DNA of 64,000 bases from Balanoglossus misakiensis. Lineage: Eukaryota; Animalia; Hemichordata. Position 1 is the first letter of the stretch, and each line of letters opens with the position of its first letter. The position numbers and the translations under genes are program-made. Of the stretch, positions 24,233 through 35,322 are shown piece by piece. The notes beneath the pieces are model-generated. The model made no database searches. It had not been told where the DNA came from and saw nothing but the letters and a program-made list of their open reading frames with translations. Where the stretch lies: the NCBI GenBank assembly GCA_040954595.2, contig CM082589.2:10862894-10926893 (forward strand), given 5' to 3'.

Positions 24233-25324
24233 GGATGTTTTGTCGCCTTTGTACAAAACACAAGCAGAAGGCCAAGTGCGGAGGGACTTGGGTTACAACA
24301 TCTCCATGTACATGTACCACCCTTCGCGAAGACAAACTCAAGCAGCATGAAGAGACGATTATCGACCGGGCGGCAATGCAGCTTGACGCCGAGGCAGCAG
24401 TTATCGAGAACAGCAGCGGTCTTGTGGCTGCATTTGACAAGGTCATCACCTTTGAGACGCAAGCCTTCATGCATCGGCGTCCTACGATGCATGTATTTTC
24501 TCATGCACAGAGAATTGCCGCACACCACCAACTTCATCCATGTTTTGGAATTGGCAAAGTCCCTCGGGTGTTCATTCCTTGGTACTCTCAGCAGTGATGA
24601 CCACAACTATAATGGTTTATTGCATTGGTAAGTAGGTCTACTGATTTTTGTGCAGATCTAAATTGTAGGCAATGTAGTAACATTTATTTAAACCTGGTTG
24701 TTTTCAAGAAAGGATCACTGTTTAAGCAATAGTGTTACACTCAATAAAGAATAATTACTGTACAAATTACTGTGAATTTTGATAAGTTTAATCTGAAGAG
24801 TAATTTTCATTTATTTCATTTTTCAGGCAAAGTCATCCGTGATGAGATTTTAGAGAAGATGAAAGGAAGTAACTTCTATTCACTGTTAATAGATGAAAAC
24901 AACTAATGTGGCTGTATTGAAGCAATTAATCATCTATTCCAAGTACACCTTGAAGTCTGGGAAGTCAGTTGTGTCTTTCCTTGGAGTTAAAGAAGTAAGT
25001 GGAAAGTTTTTCAATTTTTAAGTCTACACTGAATTAAAAACATACGATTAAACATGTTTTTGAGTGACCTCATTTAATTGATTTTGCTGACTAGTTATTT
25101 CAGGTGAGACAAACATTGAGTTGTACATTGCATGTGTTAACATCAAGGTTTTATTTTCACTGTTTTAGGTTGGTGATGGCAGAGCAGACACCATTGCACA
25201 GTCAGTGAAAGAGTTTTCTTCAGAGAATGGTATTGTCTTAAGAGATCGTCTGTCTGCTTTGGGCAGTGATGGTGCTCCTGTTATGCTAGGACAGAAAGGA
25301 GGGGTGGCTACCAAACTAAAAGAA
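24233..25324 (+). pseudogene. Intron-containing hAT transposase / ZNF862-like pseudogene, exons 24233-24627, 24827-24994, 25169-25324
   Basis: MFCRLCTKH zinc-finger motif; ELPHTTNF; FYSLLIDE/TT (first catalytic D region); LGSDGAPVMLGQKGGV (second D); GT-AG introns; frameshifts in exons 1 and 2; C-terminal exons not found. Confidence 0.88.
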
Positions 25325-25414
25325 GTGAGTGAAATTTTGAGTTGTGAAGACATTGTGATTTTGTAAGTTTTTAGTTGGTGTCTTTATATCGTGACAATAA
25401 TAATAGTAATAATT

Positions 25415-27425
25415 AAAGCTGCAAGCAGCATTGAATGGGCCCAAGCATAGAGATAATAACCATTAGACTCCATTCAGGGTTGTACCATTCAATTGCGTAG
25501 GCTGTATTTGCTCTGGATGTGGAGATATGGGGAAGTAGGCAACCACCCGAAATGGATGTCCTACAAGTACAAACACAACAACCACAAGTGAACTTCTACG
25601 TTATGTAAGGACTTCAGTTAAGTACTTCAAAGGTCAGCTGAGGGTACCCAAAAATTGGGCCAAAAATTTGGATTCCTATTTGGTTCATATTCAAGACAAC
25701 GGAAAATTCTCGCCCTTTGGGTTTTTAAAATTAGGTATGGCCATAATAATGAGTTACGCAAGTAAGTTACAGGTGGCCCTAGGAATTTAGCATTTCATGA
25801 CGGTCCTACCCTACCCCTCCAAACACGTGGCTATATATGATGTGCATGCTAACATATGGAAAGCAGGTCAATGGACACCTGAGGTCATTCAAAAATTTGA
25901 CAGAAAAATTTCATTCCTGTTTATGTCTTGTGCAACAAATCCTACATTTGCAGCCCTTTCACTTTGCCTAACATTAGGTATGCACGTAATACATGAATCA
26001 AGCAGGTGTCAAAGGTATCCCCCTGTATTTGGCATTTCATGATAGTTTCATCCCTCCAAATACCAAAGCTGCACCTGTACAACGGGATGAGATATGGCAC
26101 TCTATGACAGAGGTCATCCAAATCACCTTATACATCAATCAATCAATCAATCAGAGAAATTTGTATAGCGCCAGTATCTATAACAAGTGTCATACTCAAA
26201 GGCGCTTGTGCTCATTGGCCCACACCATATGCTCTTGCGAAATAATGCGTCTTCAGTCTTTTCTTAAAGATACTCAAACTTGGAGCTTGACGAATGTTCC
26301 ACAGTTTCGTTGCAGCATGAGAGAATGCTCGGCCACCGTATGAAGAACGTTTGTACATTGTAGTGCATAAAAGGCTCTTATTAGCTGAACGAAGCCTGCG
26401 ACCAGGAGAATATGTCCGAATGAGATCGCGGATATAGTTCGGAGCGAGATTATTTAAGGCTTTGTATGTGAGCAGATTTATTTTATACTCTATCCTGTGG
26501 CGAACTGGTAACCAATGAAGAAGTTGAAGAACTGGCGTTATATGGGCAGACTTCCTGGACCGAGTTATGATTCTTGCAGCTGTATTTTGTGTGCGTTGTA
26601 GAAGGTTCAGACTGCGTTCTGGTATACCATACAGTAATGCATTACCATAGTCGAGTTTCGCTGCCAAAATAGCATGAATCACTGTTTGACATGTTGCTTT
26701 GTTAAGAAATTTCCTGATTTGTCCGACACGGCGAAAGTGGTAATATATTGATTGACAAGTTTTCTTGATGTGATCTTTATACATGTGCGTATTGTCAAAT
26801 ATTACACCAATATTGCGAGCTGATTTAACGACGGGAACAGAGCTTGAACCAATGGTAATCTTGTCAATAGCATCAGCAGAGTGATGAAATTGTGAACGAA
26901 TAAGTAGAATCTCAGTTTTTGGAGTCGTTGAGTTGAAGCTTGTTTTGGATCATCCAGTCCTTAAGATCACGGATACAGGCCTCAATGGACATTTGGGCAA
27001 AAACCAACTGACACTTACATTCGTCCCTGTGGAACAAAAACCACACCTATCGCCCTGTTGGTTAGTGTCTAATTAAATGTACAAAATCAATGACTTAGGC
27101 AGGTGCAACAGACGACCCCGCCTTTGGTATATCATTATGGTCCCATCCGTATATGCCCCCCCCCCCTCCCAAGCCAAAGCTGCATGCATCTGCTGTGGAT
27201 GCTCACTAAGCAAAAGTAGGTGAAAGGTCACATAAGGTCGCCCACAACTTGACGGGAAAATCGGACTTCATATTGATCCATGTGCAACAAATAGCACGCT
27301 ACCACCCCTTTCATTGACCCCACAATTACGCATGCACATAATTATTGAGTTATGCAGGTGTCACAGGTGACACCCGAATCGGGTGTATTATTTTAGTCCC
27401 ATACAGCTGCATGTAGCTGCGTGCC
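25415..27425. mobile_element. Modular non-autonomous element (HINE-like) hosting the L2/CR1 insertion
   Basis: Diverged internal repeat gtgcaacaaat...gcaggtgtca at ~25930 and ~27282; degenerate hairpin at 27394-27425. Boundaries uncertain. Confidence 0.4.
26136..27015 (-). mobile_element. 5'-truncated L2/CR1-group LINE (RT C-terminal region)
   Basis: ORF 26212-26784 with KLDYGNALLYG and HITPVLQLLHWLPVRHRIEYKI; (ATTG)n 3' tail at 26136-26152; candidate TSD tacat at 26131-26135 and 27016-27020. Confidence 0.92.
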
Positions 27426-27696
27426 GTTACGGGCGACCTGATAACCCACACGGCCACCTGCGGGCCGACCCCCATACTGAACGTCCAGTTGCAACATCAC
27501 GGCTGAAGTAGGAACTTTTGAACGGCAACGAAGCCTGATCTCTGATTATTGCTGGTACCATACTCCTGTCGTGCAAGAAAATCACTGGTCTGCTGACGTA
27601 TTTCAGCCAATTTCCCAAACTACTATCCACTACATGTGACTACAATGCTAATGAAACCTCCCACAACATTAGCGACTTAGGGTCAAAGTCCACTGT

Positions 27697-30230
27697 TTAA
27701 AATTTTTTCATCGGTTTTACTTTAAAGGATGCCCACAAACTGCAACAGTAAATATTACTACAATATGCCAAAAATAAAACTTTCTTCACATCTTGACTAA
27801 AATGTTGAAAATGTCTCAATGGCATGTTTGCTCTAACACAAAATGCTCTTCTCTGTCGTTCAATATCTTCATTATCACAACCCTCACAAGATATAACGTG
27901 GCCCAGATAGGTGTGTACAGGTACAAACTTTAAAGTGATGTCATTAAGTTTAACCGAAGGAATTCTTTGAACGCTCATATTCTTCCCATTAAAAAGCATG
28001 CACACAGTTTTACTAGAATTATAAATTATATCATAATCCTTGCCATAAATTTCACAAATTCTAAGAAGACGGTGTAGACCCTTAATACTTGGACTGAGTA
28101 GAGTCATGTCGTCAGCGTAACCTAAAGTGTTAGCGCTGACACCACACATGGTACAGCCAACTTTGGCTTTACAGAGTGCATTGATAAGATCATCAATGTA
28201 GACATTAAAAAGATAGGGAGAGAGTACTCCCCCTTGTCTTACACCGTTAGAAACAGAAAACAACTCTGAGGTTTCATTACCCCACAACACAGTAAACAAT
28301 TGATTTCTGTACCATTAAAGGTCACATGTCATGCTTTGGAAAGTTTTCATTTTTCCACGTCAAAAGCTCACCTAGGGTACCTGTCTATGCATTGCCTATT
28401 GTGTCGGTTCCGAAAAATGTGCACGAATGCCGGAATTTGCCACCTTTTTTCATGCCTGTGATCGGGGAGCCACTTCGCACTCGAGCCAGGCGAAGGTATT
28501 TGCATATGGACAAACAAGTACACTATGTCGTAGTGTACCATTCTGTTTACAGTAAAGTGTAATTATCGGTCCATGAGTAATTAAGTCCACAGACAAAGAT
28601 AAGCTATATAAACAGTGTTCAAAGCAAAGGAAGCCCTTGCCTCACATTGCAGGCAGAGGATTTACAAAGGTGTGAAAGACTATTTGTCCACATCAAGATA
28701 AGTCTTCGGCTTAACTTCGAAAAGCCAAAAAAAATCGACTGAGTTGGGTTAGGGGTACACGCCCACCCGCCACTTTTACTTGCTTGTTATCTAAGCACAA
28801 GGGGCAAAACGCATTGCAAGATAGTAACATACGTTAACTTCAAGACCCAAATAGTGATTTTACGCGTGGTTGTATAGGGCATGGCATGGGACCTTTAATA
28901 TAAAATTCGTACAGCATACAAGGGAACATTCCTGTCGATGAGCTTGTTAATCAGTTTAAAGTGATTAACTCTGTCAAAAGCTTTTGAAGCATCCAGAAAA
29001 CAAGTAAACACTGGTCTTCCATTGCTGGTGTAGTAGCTAATGATTTCTTTAAATGCAAATAAACACAGGTCAGTTGAATGTTCTCGCTTGAAACCAAATT
29101 GTAAATAATGAGAGGTAAGAAACTCCTCACAACGAGAAAGTAAAATAGGCTCAAAAACTTTAGAGAAAACAGTTGCTAGTGCTATCGGCCGGTAGTTACT
29201 GGCATCACTACAAAGCTTAGTTTTATCCTTAATTGGAACTAAAATAACTTTGATAGCCTCAGTTTGCAGGTAACCATGAACAATCAAGTCAAAATGGGTA
29301 AAATAGAGGAGTCTGAGAATTTGAGGTGCTCAGCTGAAATATTGTCAATGCCAGCTGTCTTATCGTCAGGTAACTTATGTATAGCAGAAATTACTTCTTC
29401 TTCAGAAACATACATATCAGAAGAAAATTTAACATACTTCATTTTCTCATCGATGTCATTTTTACCAGTCTGAGCCTGGACAGAATTCAAAATATCACTG
29501 AAATGCTTGTGCCACATAATTGCAATTTCACTCTCACCAGTCGCTCCACCTACAGTGTCAGAAAGCGGCATTTTTCTGCTAGTTTGCTTTCTGACTTCCT
29601 TCCAGAAGTCGTTCTGTTTGTGGCAGCGTAAATTGTCAGCCATCTTGTCAGCCCTATTTTGATTCTCAATCTTTTTACAAGCACGTAAAGCATACTTAAA
29701 ACGAGCTCTGGAAGATTTCATGGTTTCAAAAAGCGGGCCTTGTTAAGGTTTACCCCCATTAACCCATAATAAAAACATGGAACGGGCATAGTCGTGACTT
29801 TCTTTTACAAAATCGTTCCAGCCATGCACAACATGAACTTTCTGGTGAAACTTACGCCTAATGGTATCTTTTGCAGCACAATTCAATGCGTCCACAACAC
29901 TACTATAACAAGTATCAATTGCCTGTAAATGCGAAGGGTATGTACAGTTCACATTAGTGCAGAATAACTCTTCGGATATATTAATCTTATCAACCTTGGC
30001 TTTGGTACAACGGGTGTAGGCGGATATATTCTGCTGTGACAATTTTTTCCAATCAACTCGAAAATTACATTGCTTGAAGGAACTACTGCTGAAGCATTCA
30101 TCAGCAGAAGTGTTGAAATGAACCTCTATTGAAACAGGAATATGGTCGGAGTCAACAACATTGCAAAGACTCGAAATTGAAAGAACATTGCTATAAAAAA
30201 TTTTAGTGGTAACACAGTGGTCAATCCAAA
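27697..30230 (-). mobile_element. Decayed non-LTR retrotransposon ORF2 (APE tail + RT), clade unresolved
   Basis: DHC...SDHIP endonuclease end (~30135-30225), NYRPIAL, QFGFK, FLDASKAFD, GVRQGGVLSP, YADD; stops and frameshifts; truncated at both ends. Confidence 0.93.
28319..28894. mobile_element. Kolobok-type non-autonomous element (576 bp) inserted in the RT
   Basis: TTAA TSD at 28315-28318 and 28895-28898; TIR aggtcacatgtcatgc / gcatggcatgggacct; removal rejoins the RT frame. Confidence 0.9.
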
Positions 30231-30239
30231 CTCAGCGTA

Positions 30240-30832
30240 ATTCAATAAAACGCCCTAACACAGCCTGAACTCCGATAATGTGTTGTCCCAAAATTCATTC
30301 CGTGGAAAATAATCACTGGTCTGTTTACGTATTTCAGCCGATTTTCCAAGGACTACTGCAACCCGCCAGAAGTGAGTAGCCTGCTAATGAGATCTCCACA
30401 ACATTACGTAATGACGGTCAAAGTCCGATGCCCCAGTGTCCGTCCTCAGCCCACCAAAAAATGCGAAAAAATATTACAAAAATCTTCTTCTCAAAATCGA
30501 CGTGGCCTAGGACCTTGAAATTTGGCACAGGGGATTTTGGCCACATGGTCTACAAAAATCGCGAAAAGAATGTACATGCCCCCATTAACGTGCAAATTAG
30601 GTCAATTTGAAAATTTCGCTCGATTATAGCCACAAAGTCACGTGACTAATTACAAATTCAAAGGGCAGGTGCACCAGTACTCATGGGCCCCAACCACCGT
30701 GCCAAATTTGGAGGCGCACCTGCCGGAGTTTCAGAGAAAAACGGGCGCAAAAAAACGACTCAAGAAGAAAGAAGACAAACTCCAGCAATAACAGAAGGGG
30801 ACTAAGCGCCTGAGGGCTCTTGGTCCCCTAAA
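30240..30832 (+). mobile_element. HINE-like element 3' part
   Basis: (AAG)n-like tract at ~30761-30775 followed by hairpin aggggacta...tggtcccct (~30796-30829). Confidence 0.55.
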
Positions 30833-31568
30833 TATGGGACTAAACTTGACAGATACCCGGAATATTTTCCTATTTAGGATACCTGGTTGCATTTCCACCT
30901 AAAGGCGTCCTATTGGCGTGGAAATTTTATAACTTGAAATCGTTTGACTGGGTGATAGGTATTAATATCTTATGATGTTATAAAACACTTGGCTCGCCAA
31001 AGGTAAGGACCGATTATAGCGTCAGTCGTGTCATAAAATCTATATGAACGTCATGGGTCAATAAACTTGATGGTCCAATAAAATTTAATGGTTCGTAAAA
31101 CTATTGTGTCCAATGTCTGCAGAGTATACTGGCTGCAACATGTGTATGAGTCAGGATTAACGGCTGTAGCCATCAACCCAAAAGGTGAACGTCCTATTCT
31201 CACTAACTTAAATAGGTTTTGCGACCTAGTTGAGTGATAAAAACCTTATGATAAAGTCGACACAATTTCAAGATGACGATGTGCAAATGAGAGTTCATAA
31301 GCTAAAGTAAAGTTCAATGAATTCTATACAAAGTTCAAAAAAGATTTTTTACTAAAGGAAGACATGAACAAACTGATATCGTCTCTTCATATTCGTACAT
31401 GTCCAACTGTTGTGATTTGACCCCCCCCCCCCCCCCCCCCATGGTACATGAACCTATTACTTAGTACACACTTAAACAATTGGCATTTGAAGTGCCTTGC
31501 TTGACAGTGTTTAATGCGGTGGTCAGCCGCGTTTATCTCTCGCCACTTCATGCATCATGTCGCCTTAA

Positions 31569-31889
31569 AGGGACAAACTCTCTCTCTCGTCGCCCTTTTC
31601 TATTAATTATGTTTGATACAAGACACCGTTTATATTAATGGGCATGTGTATATGTAGTGAATGAACGTTCAACCACACACAACTTCCATCCTGCTTGTAT
31701 GATATGAGAGTAAAAACTCGCCCAAAATGAATTAATGGTAGAGACCGATTTTTCAGTTTTGCGAGTTTTCGCTCTCGTGTCTACATGCGGGATAGAAGGT
31801 GTGTGCGGTTGAACGTTGCATCACTATATATCCACATTTACATTAATATAAACGGTGTTTTGTATCAAACATGGAAAAGGGCAGCGAGT
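31569..31889. mobile_element. Kolobok-type MITE, same family as 10465-10811, right TIR truncated
   Basis: ttaa+agggacaaactctctct and a collinear body. Confidence 0.85.
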
Positions 31890-32526
31890 TAAGGATGTAC
31901 GATCAGTAAAATTGAAAGCATTGTCATTTCTTTTAATCGTGAATTTTCGTTTCTGATTTGTATGTATAATGAAAATCCATTTTGGGTCACTGCACTTGTT
32001 TTCGACTTTAAACAAGGCCGTGAATGTAGTCGACAATTGAAGAAAACTGCTAACGGTCAGCATTTTCTACCAATGGTTTGTCTATGGATACAATATTGAA
32101 CAAAGTTTAACTCAAAATAGAGCGTGATGAATTTATTTTGATTTGTCGGAGCTATGTGTAAAATTTCATGAAAATGACAATAGTAGAAGTGAGTTTTCTA
32201 ACTATTCTCCATGTACTCCTATGGGAAGAGACACAGGCGCACAGTTTACCAGTTGACGACCTCTAAAGAGTAAACGGGGGGGGGGGGGGTGATGAAAGGT
32301 TTAAGACTTACAGATCACAACTTAAAGAGCCATTCAGAAAGAGGCTTAGAGTGGAGTATCAAATCGGACGATACCACTGACTGGTGGAGGAAGACAAAAT
32401 AAGCAAACTGAGTAGATGAGTGCTCAGATTTCTTCAGAGGACCAAACGTTTCAAAGAATTATACGTGACAATCCATGCCTGGTCCGTCAGTAGATATAAA
32501 CAGAACATTGTGGCTGTATTCATTAA

Positions 32527-32817
32527 AGGGACAAAGTCTCTCTCTCGCTGCCCTTTTTCCATTAATTATGTTTGATACAAGACTGCGTTTATATTATTCT
32601 ACATGTGGATATAGTGAATCAACGTTCAACCATACACACCTTCCACCCCGCTTGTATAGACACGAGAGTTTTAAAAAGTAGCCAAAATGAATAAACGGTC
32701 TCTACCATTTATTCATTTCGGGCGAGTTTTTACTCTCGTATCATACAAGCCGGATGGAAGTTGTGTGTGGTTGAACGTTCATTCACTAACATAAACGGTG
32801 TCTTGTATCATGTCCCT
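32527..32817. mobile_element. Kolobok-type MITE, same family, opposite internal orientation with deletion
   Basis: TTAA at 32523-32526 and 32818-32821; agggaca...tgtccct termini. Confidence 0.85.
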
Positions 32818-33599
32818 TTAACACTTTTGAAGCATTTTACTAATGCTAACATGACTAGACCAATTGAATGATGTTACATTGCAGGTTATCAACTCAGAGG
32901 GGCGTCTTGTTATAAAGCGGTACCTGACAAACAATCAGCTGGCAACGCTGAAAATACCTGTCAGTCGTAAGTATGAAAGTATACATCATTTGAGTAGAAT
33001 TTTACGGGAGTTCCTAACAAGGCTTGGACATGTCACGCACAAATACAAAGGGCGCGTATAAAGACAGACAAAACCTCGCTCAGTGTGAGGTGTTCAGCGA
33101 TTGCATCTGATAAGTCGAAAATGCTTGATCACGTGTCATGTTCAGTTGGGAAATTGGATATGTCTCAGGCCAAAAAAACTAATATGTGCTATTCCGATTA
33201 CATGGTTTTCAAAAATATTGTAGGTAGAAAGGGACATTTTTTTATTTTTCATTTTTTTTTATATCTTTGGCCGTCGTAGTGTAGAAGAATGACATCATAG
33301 TTCTTGCGTGATTCTCGCAATTTTCATGAATTGTTTTATATTTGACATCGTTATTTTTACTTCCGGTTTGCGAAGATCTAAACTGTTTTGGGTCGGCGGG
33401 CTAAAATTAGGGTAGTTCGGGTAATCGTTATGACATTGGGAGCTACGGCTGCAAAGCCATGTGTCTCGTGCGAAAAGGGCCCTTAACCTTTTGCAATATT
33501 TAACAGCAAACAACAGACAGTTTTGAGAATAAAAGGTTTCCGTCGTGTCTGACTTTCATATCGCATTAATAGCATATCCCTAATTTTAAAGAAATTAGG

Positions 33600-33832
33600 A
33601 GAGACAGAGTGAAACAGGCAGAGTGGCAGACAGACACAAGCAGACAGACAGAGCAACATTCATCAGTAGAGACACTCACCGGTCGCTCGCTCGCTCGCTC
33701 ACTCTCTCTCTCAGAGAGAGGGGGCAGACAGTCAGACAGACAGACGTTGACAGACAGTCAGTAAGTCAGTCAGCCAGTTAATCAGTCAGTCAGACGTCAA
33801 AGACACAGTGACACAAACACAGCGAGGGAGAC
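33600..33832. repeat. Compound degenerate microsatellite (GACA, TCGC, CT, CAGT)
   Basis: Directly visible short-period repeats. Confidence 0.8.
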
Positions 33833-35322
33833 AAAAGGACCTTTCATGCTTAAACCCCTGTTCTTCTGTTATAAACTTTGAAAACCGTTCGTTTTCAGAT
33901 TGCAGATTGCTCGAATAACGCGGCACACTGCCGAAACAATAAAACAAATACTAGTGGGAGCTCATAAAATAAAATCGCTCAACCATTCCGTCGTCCTGAG
34001 TGACCTCAGCCACATTAATTCCGACGTCTTTTTAGGGTCATGAAAAAAGTCACAAATAAGGTATTTCCCCTAGGTCCACCTGAAGCAAAAAGTTTTCGTT
34101 TCGACTCCATCATTCCGAATAGTAAGAAAGCAACAAAATTGAAAAGACAGATGTAAAATGCAATCTCTCTCACGTGGTAACGTTTGTAACTATGGCAATC
34201 ACGGTACGTGTTCAGTACACAGACAGGGAGAAAAGTTTCCCCATGCAATACATGTGTTCAGTAAGGTTTGACCTTGGTTTTACTTTGTACCATGATCGCC
34301 GCTTTCTAAGCATGGATGAACGACGGCGGTCAGACCCAATCGAACCCTTTCATGTCAGATGACCACGGTATCTCCAGTGTGAGATGACATTTGACAAACC
34401 ATTTGATTTCAACAAAATCTTCGCGTCGTCAACGCGTCGCATACCAGTCGCATATCGGTATTTACCCAATCATAAAAGTTGGAAATTCGGAGACTCGATC
34501 TGCAACCAAGTTGAGAGTAAATTTTGACGTTTGACTATTGGCAAGTAAACAGGTTACACAATGACTTGTCGGTTTTTCCTCCGTCATGGTCGTTCTTGAC
34601 CCAAGTGTCCTTCCTTGACATTTAGACACACCTTGCGGTATGACCTTGGTGGTCATGTGCAATTAGTTTTCTTGTATAAGACGCTTTTCATGCCGGGATA
34701 GACGACTTGTGCGTGGATCATCAACATTTCAGTGATATTTCAACGCAAAGTTTTAGCAATATTGAGAAAACAGGTAGTGAGGTGTCAAATGCATATCAAT
34801 GTACGAAAATTAGGTCAAGCCACCCGACAGCAACCGCTTTCACACAGTGTCGGACGTTGCACGGAATGTGAAACGTTACACTGCTTCGGCCGTTCACATG
34901 CACCTGGGCGTGGTTTTGATTGATGGTCAAACGCCCCCACTTACTTTGGGCGTTTTCAATGGTAAATGTGTCGTATTGATCGAAACCTTGCCGTAAACAC
35001 ATTTTTTTTGCTGAATCAACATTCAGAGTTCAGCCGTCTAGTTAACGAAGTATTGAAATAAGCCACTTGTTCATCATTTTTTGTCTGTCAAACGTGTTTA
35101 TTCGGACAGGGACCGGCCGCCAATGAGTGGTTTAGGGAGCCCACACGTACACTCTGGTACCTGGACAATTAACAAAGACATGACGTGTGTACCGTCCGGT
35201 TCGAAAAGATTGGTTTAAGGTAGTCCTGGTAACAGTCATCCTAACGAGGCCAGGGGAGGTCTCCAAGGGCGAAATAAACAAAGCTACCGATGACGAGTCG
35301 AATTCGAATCGGACGATGCTTG

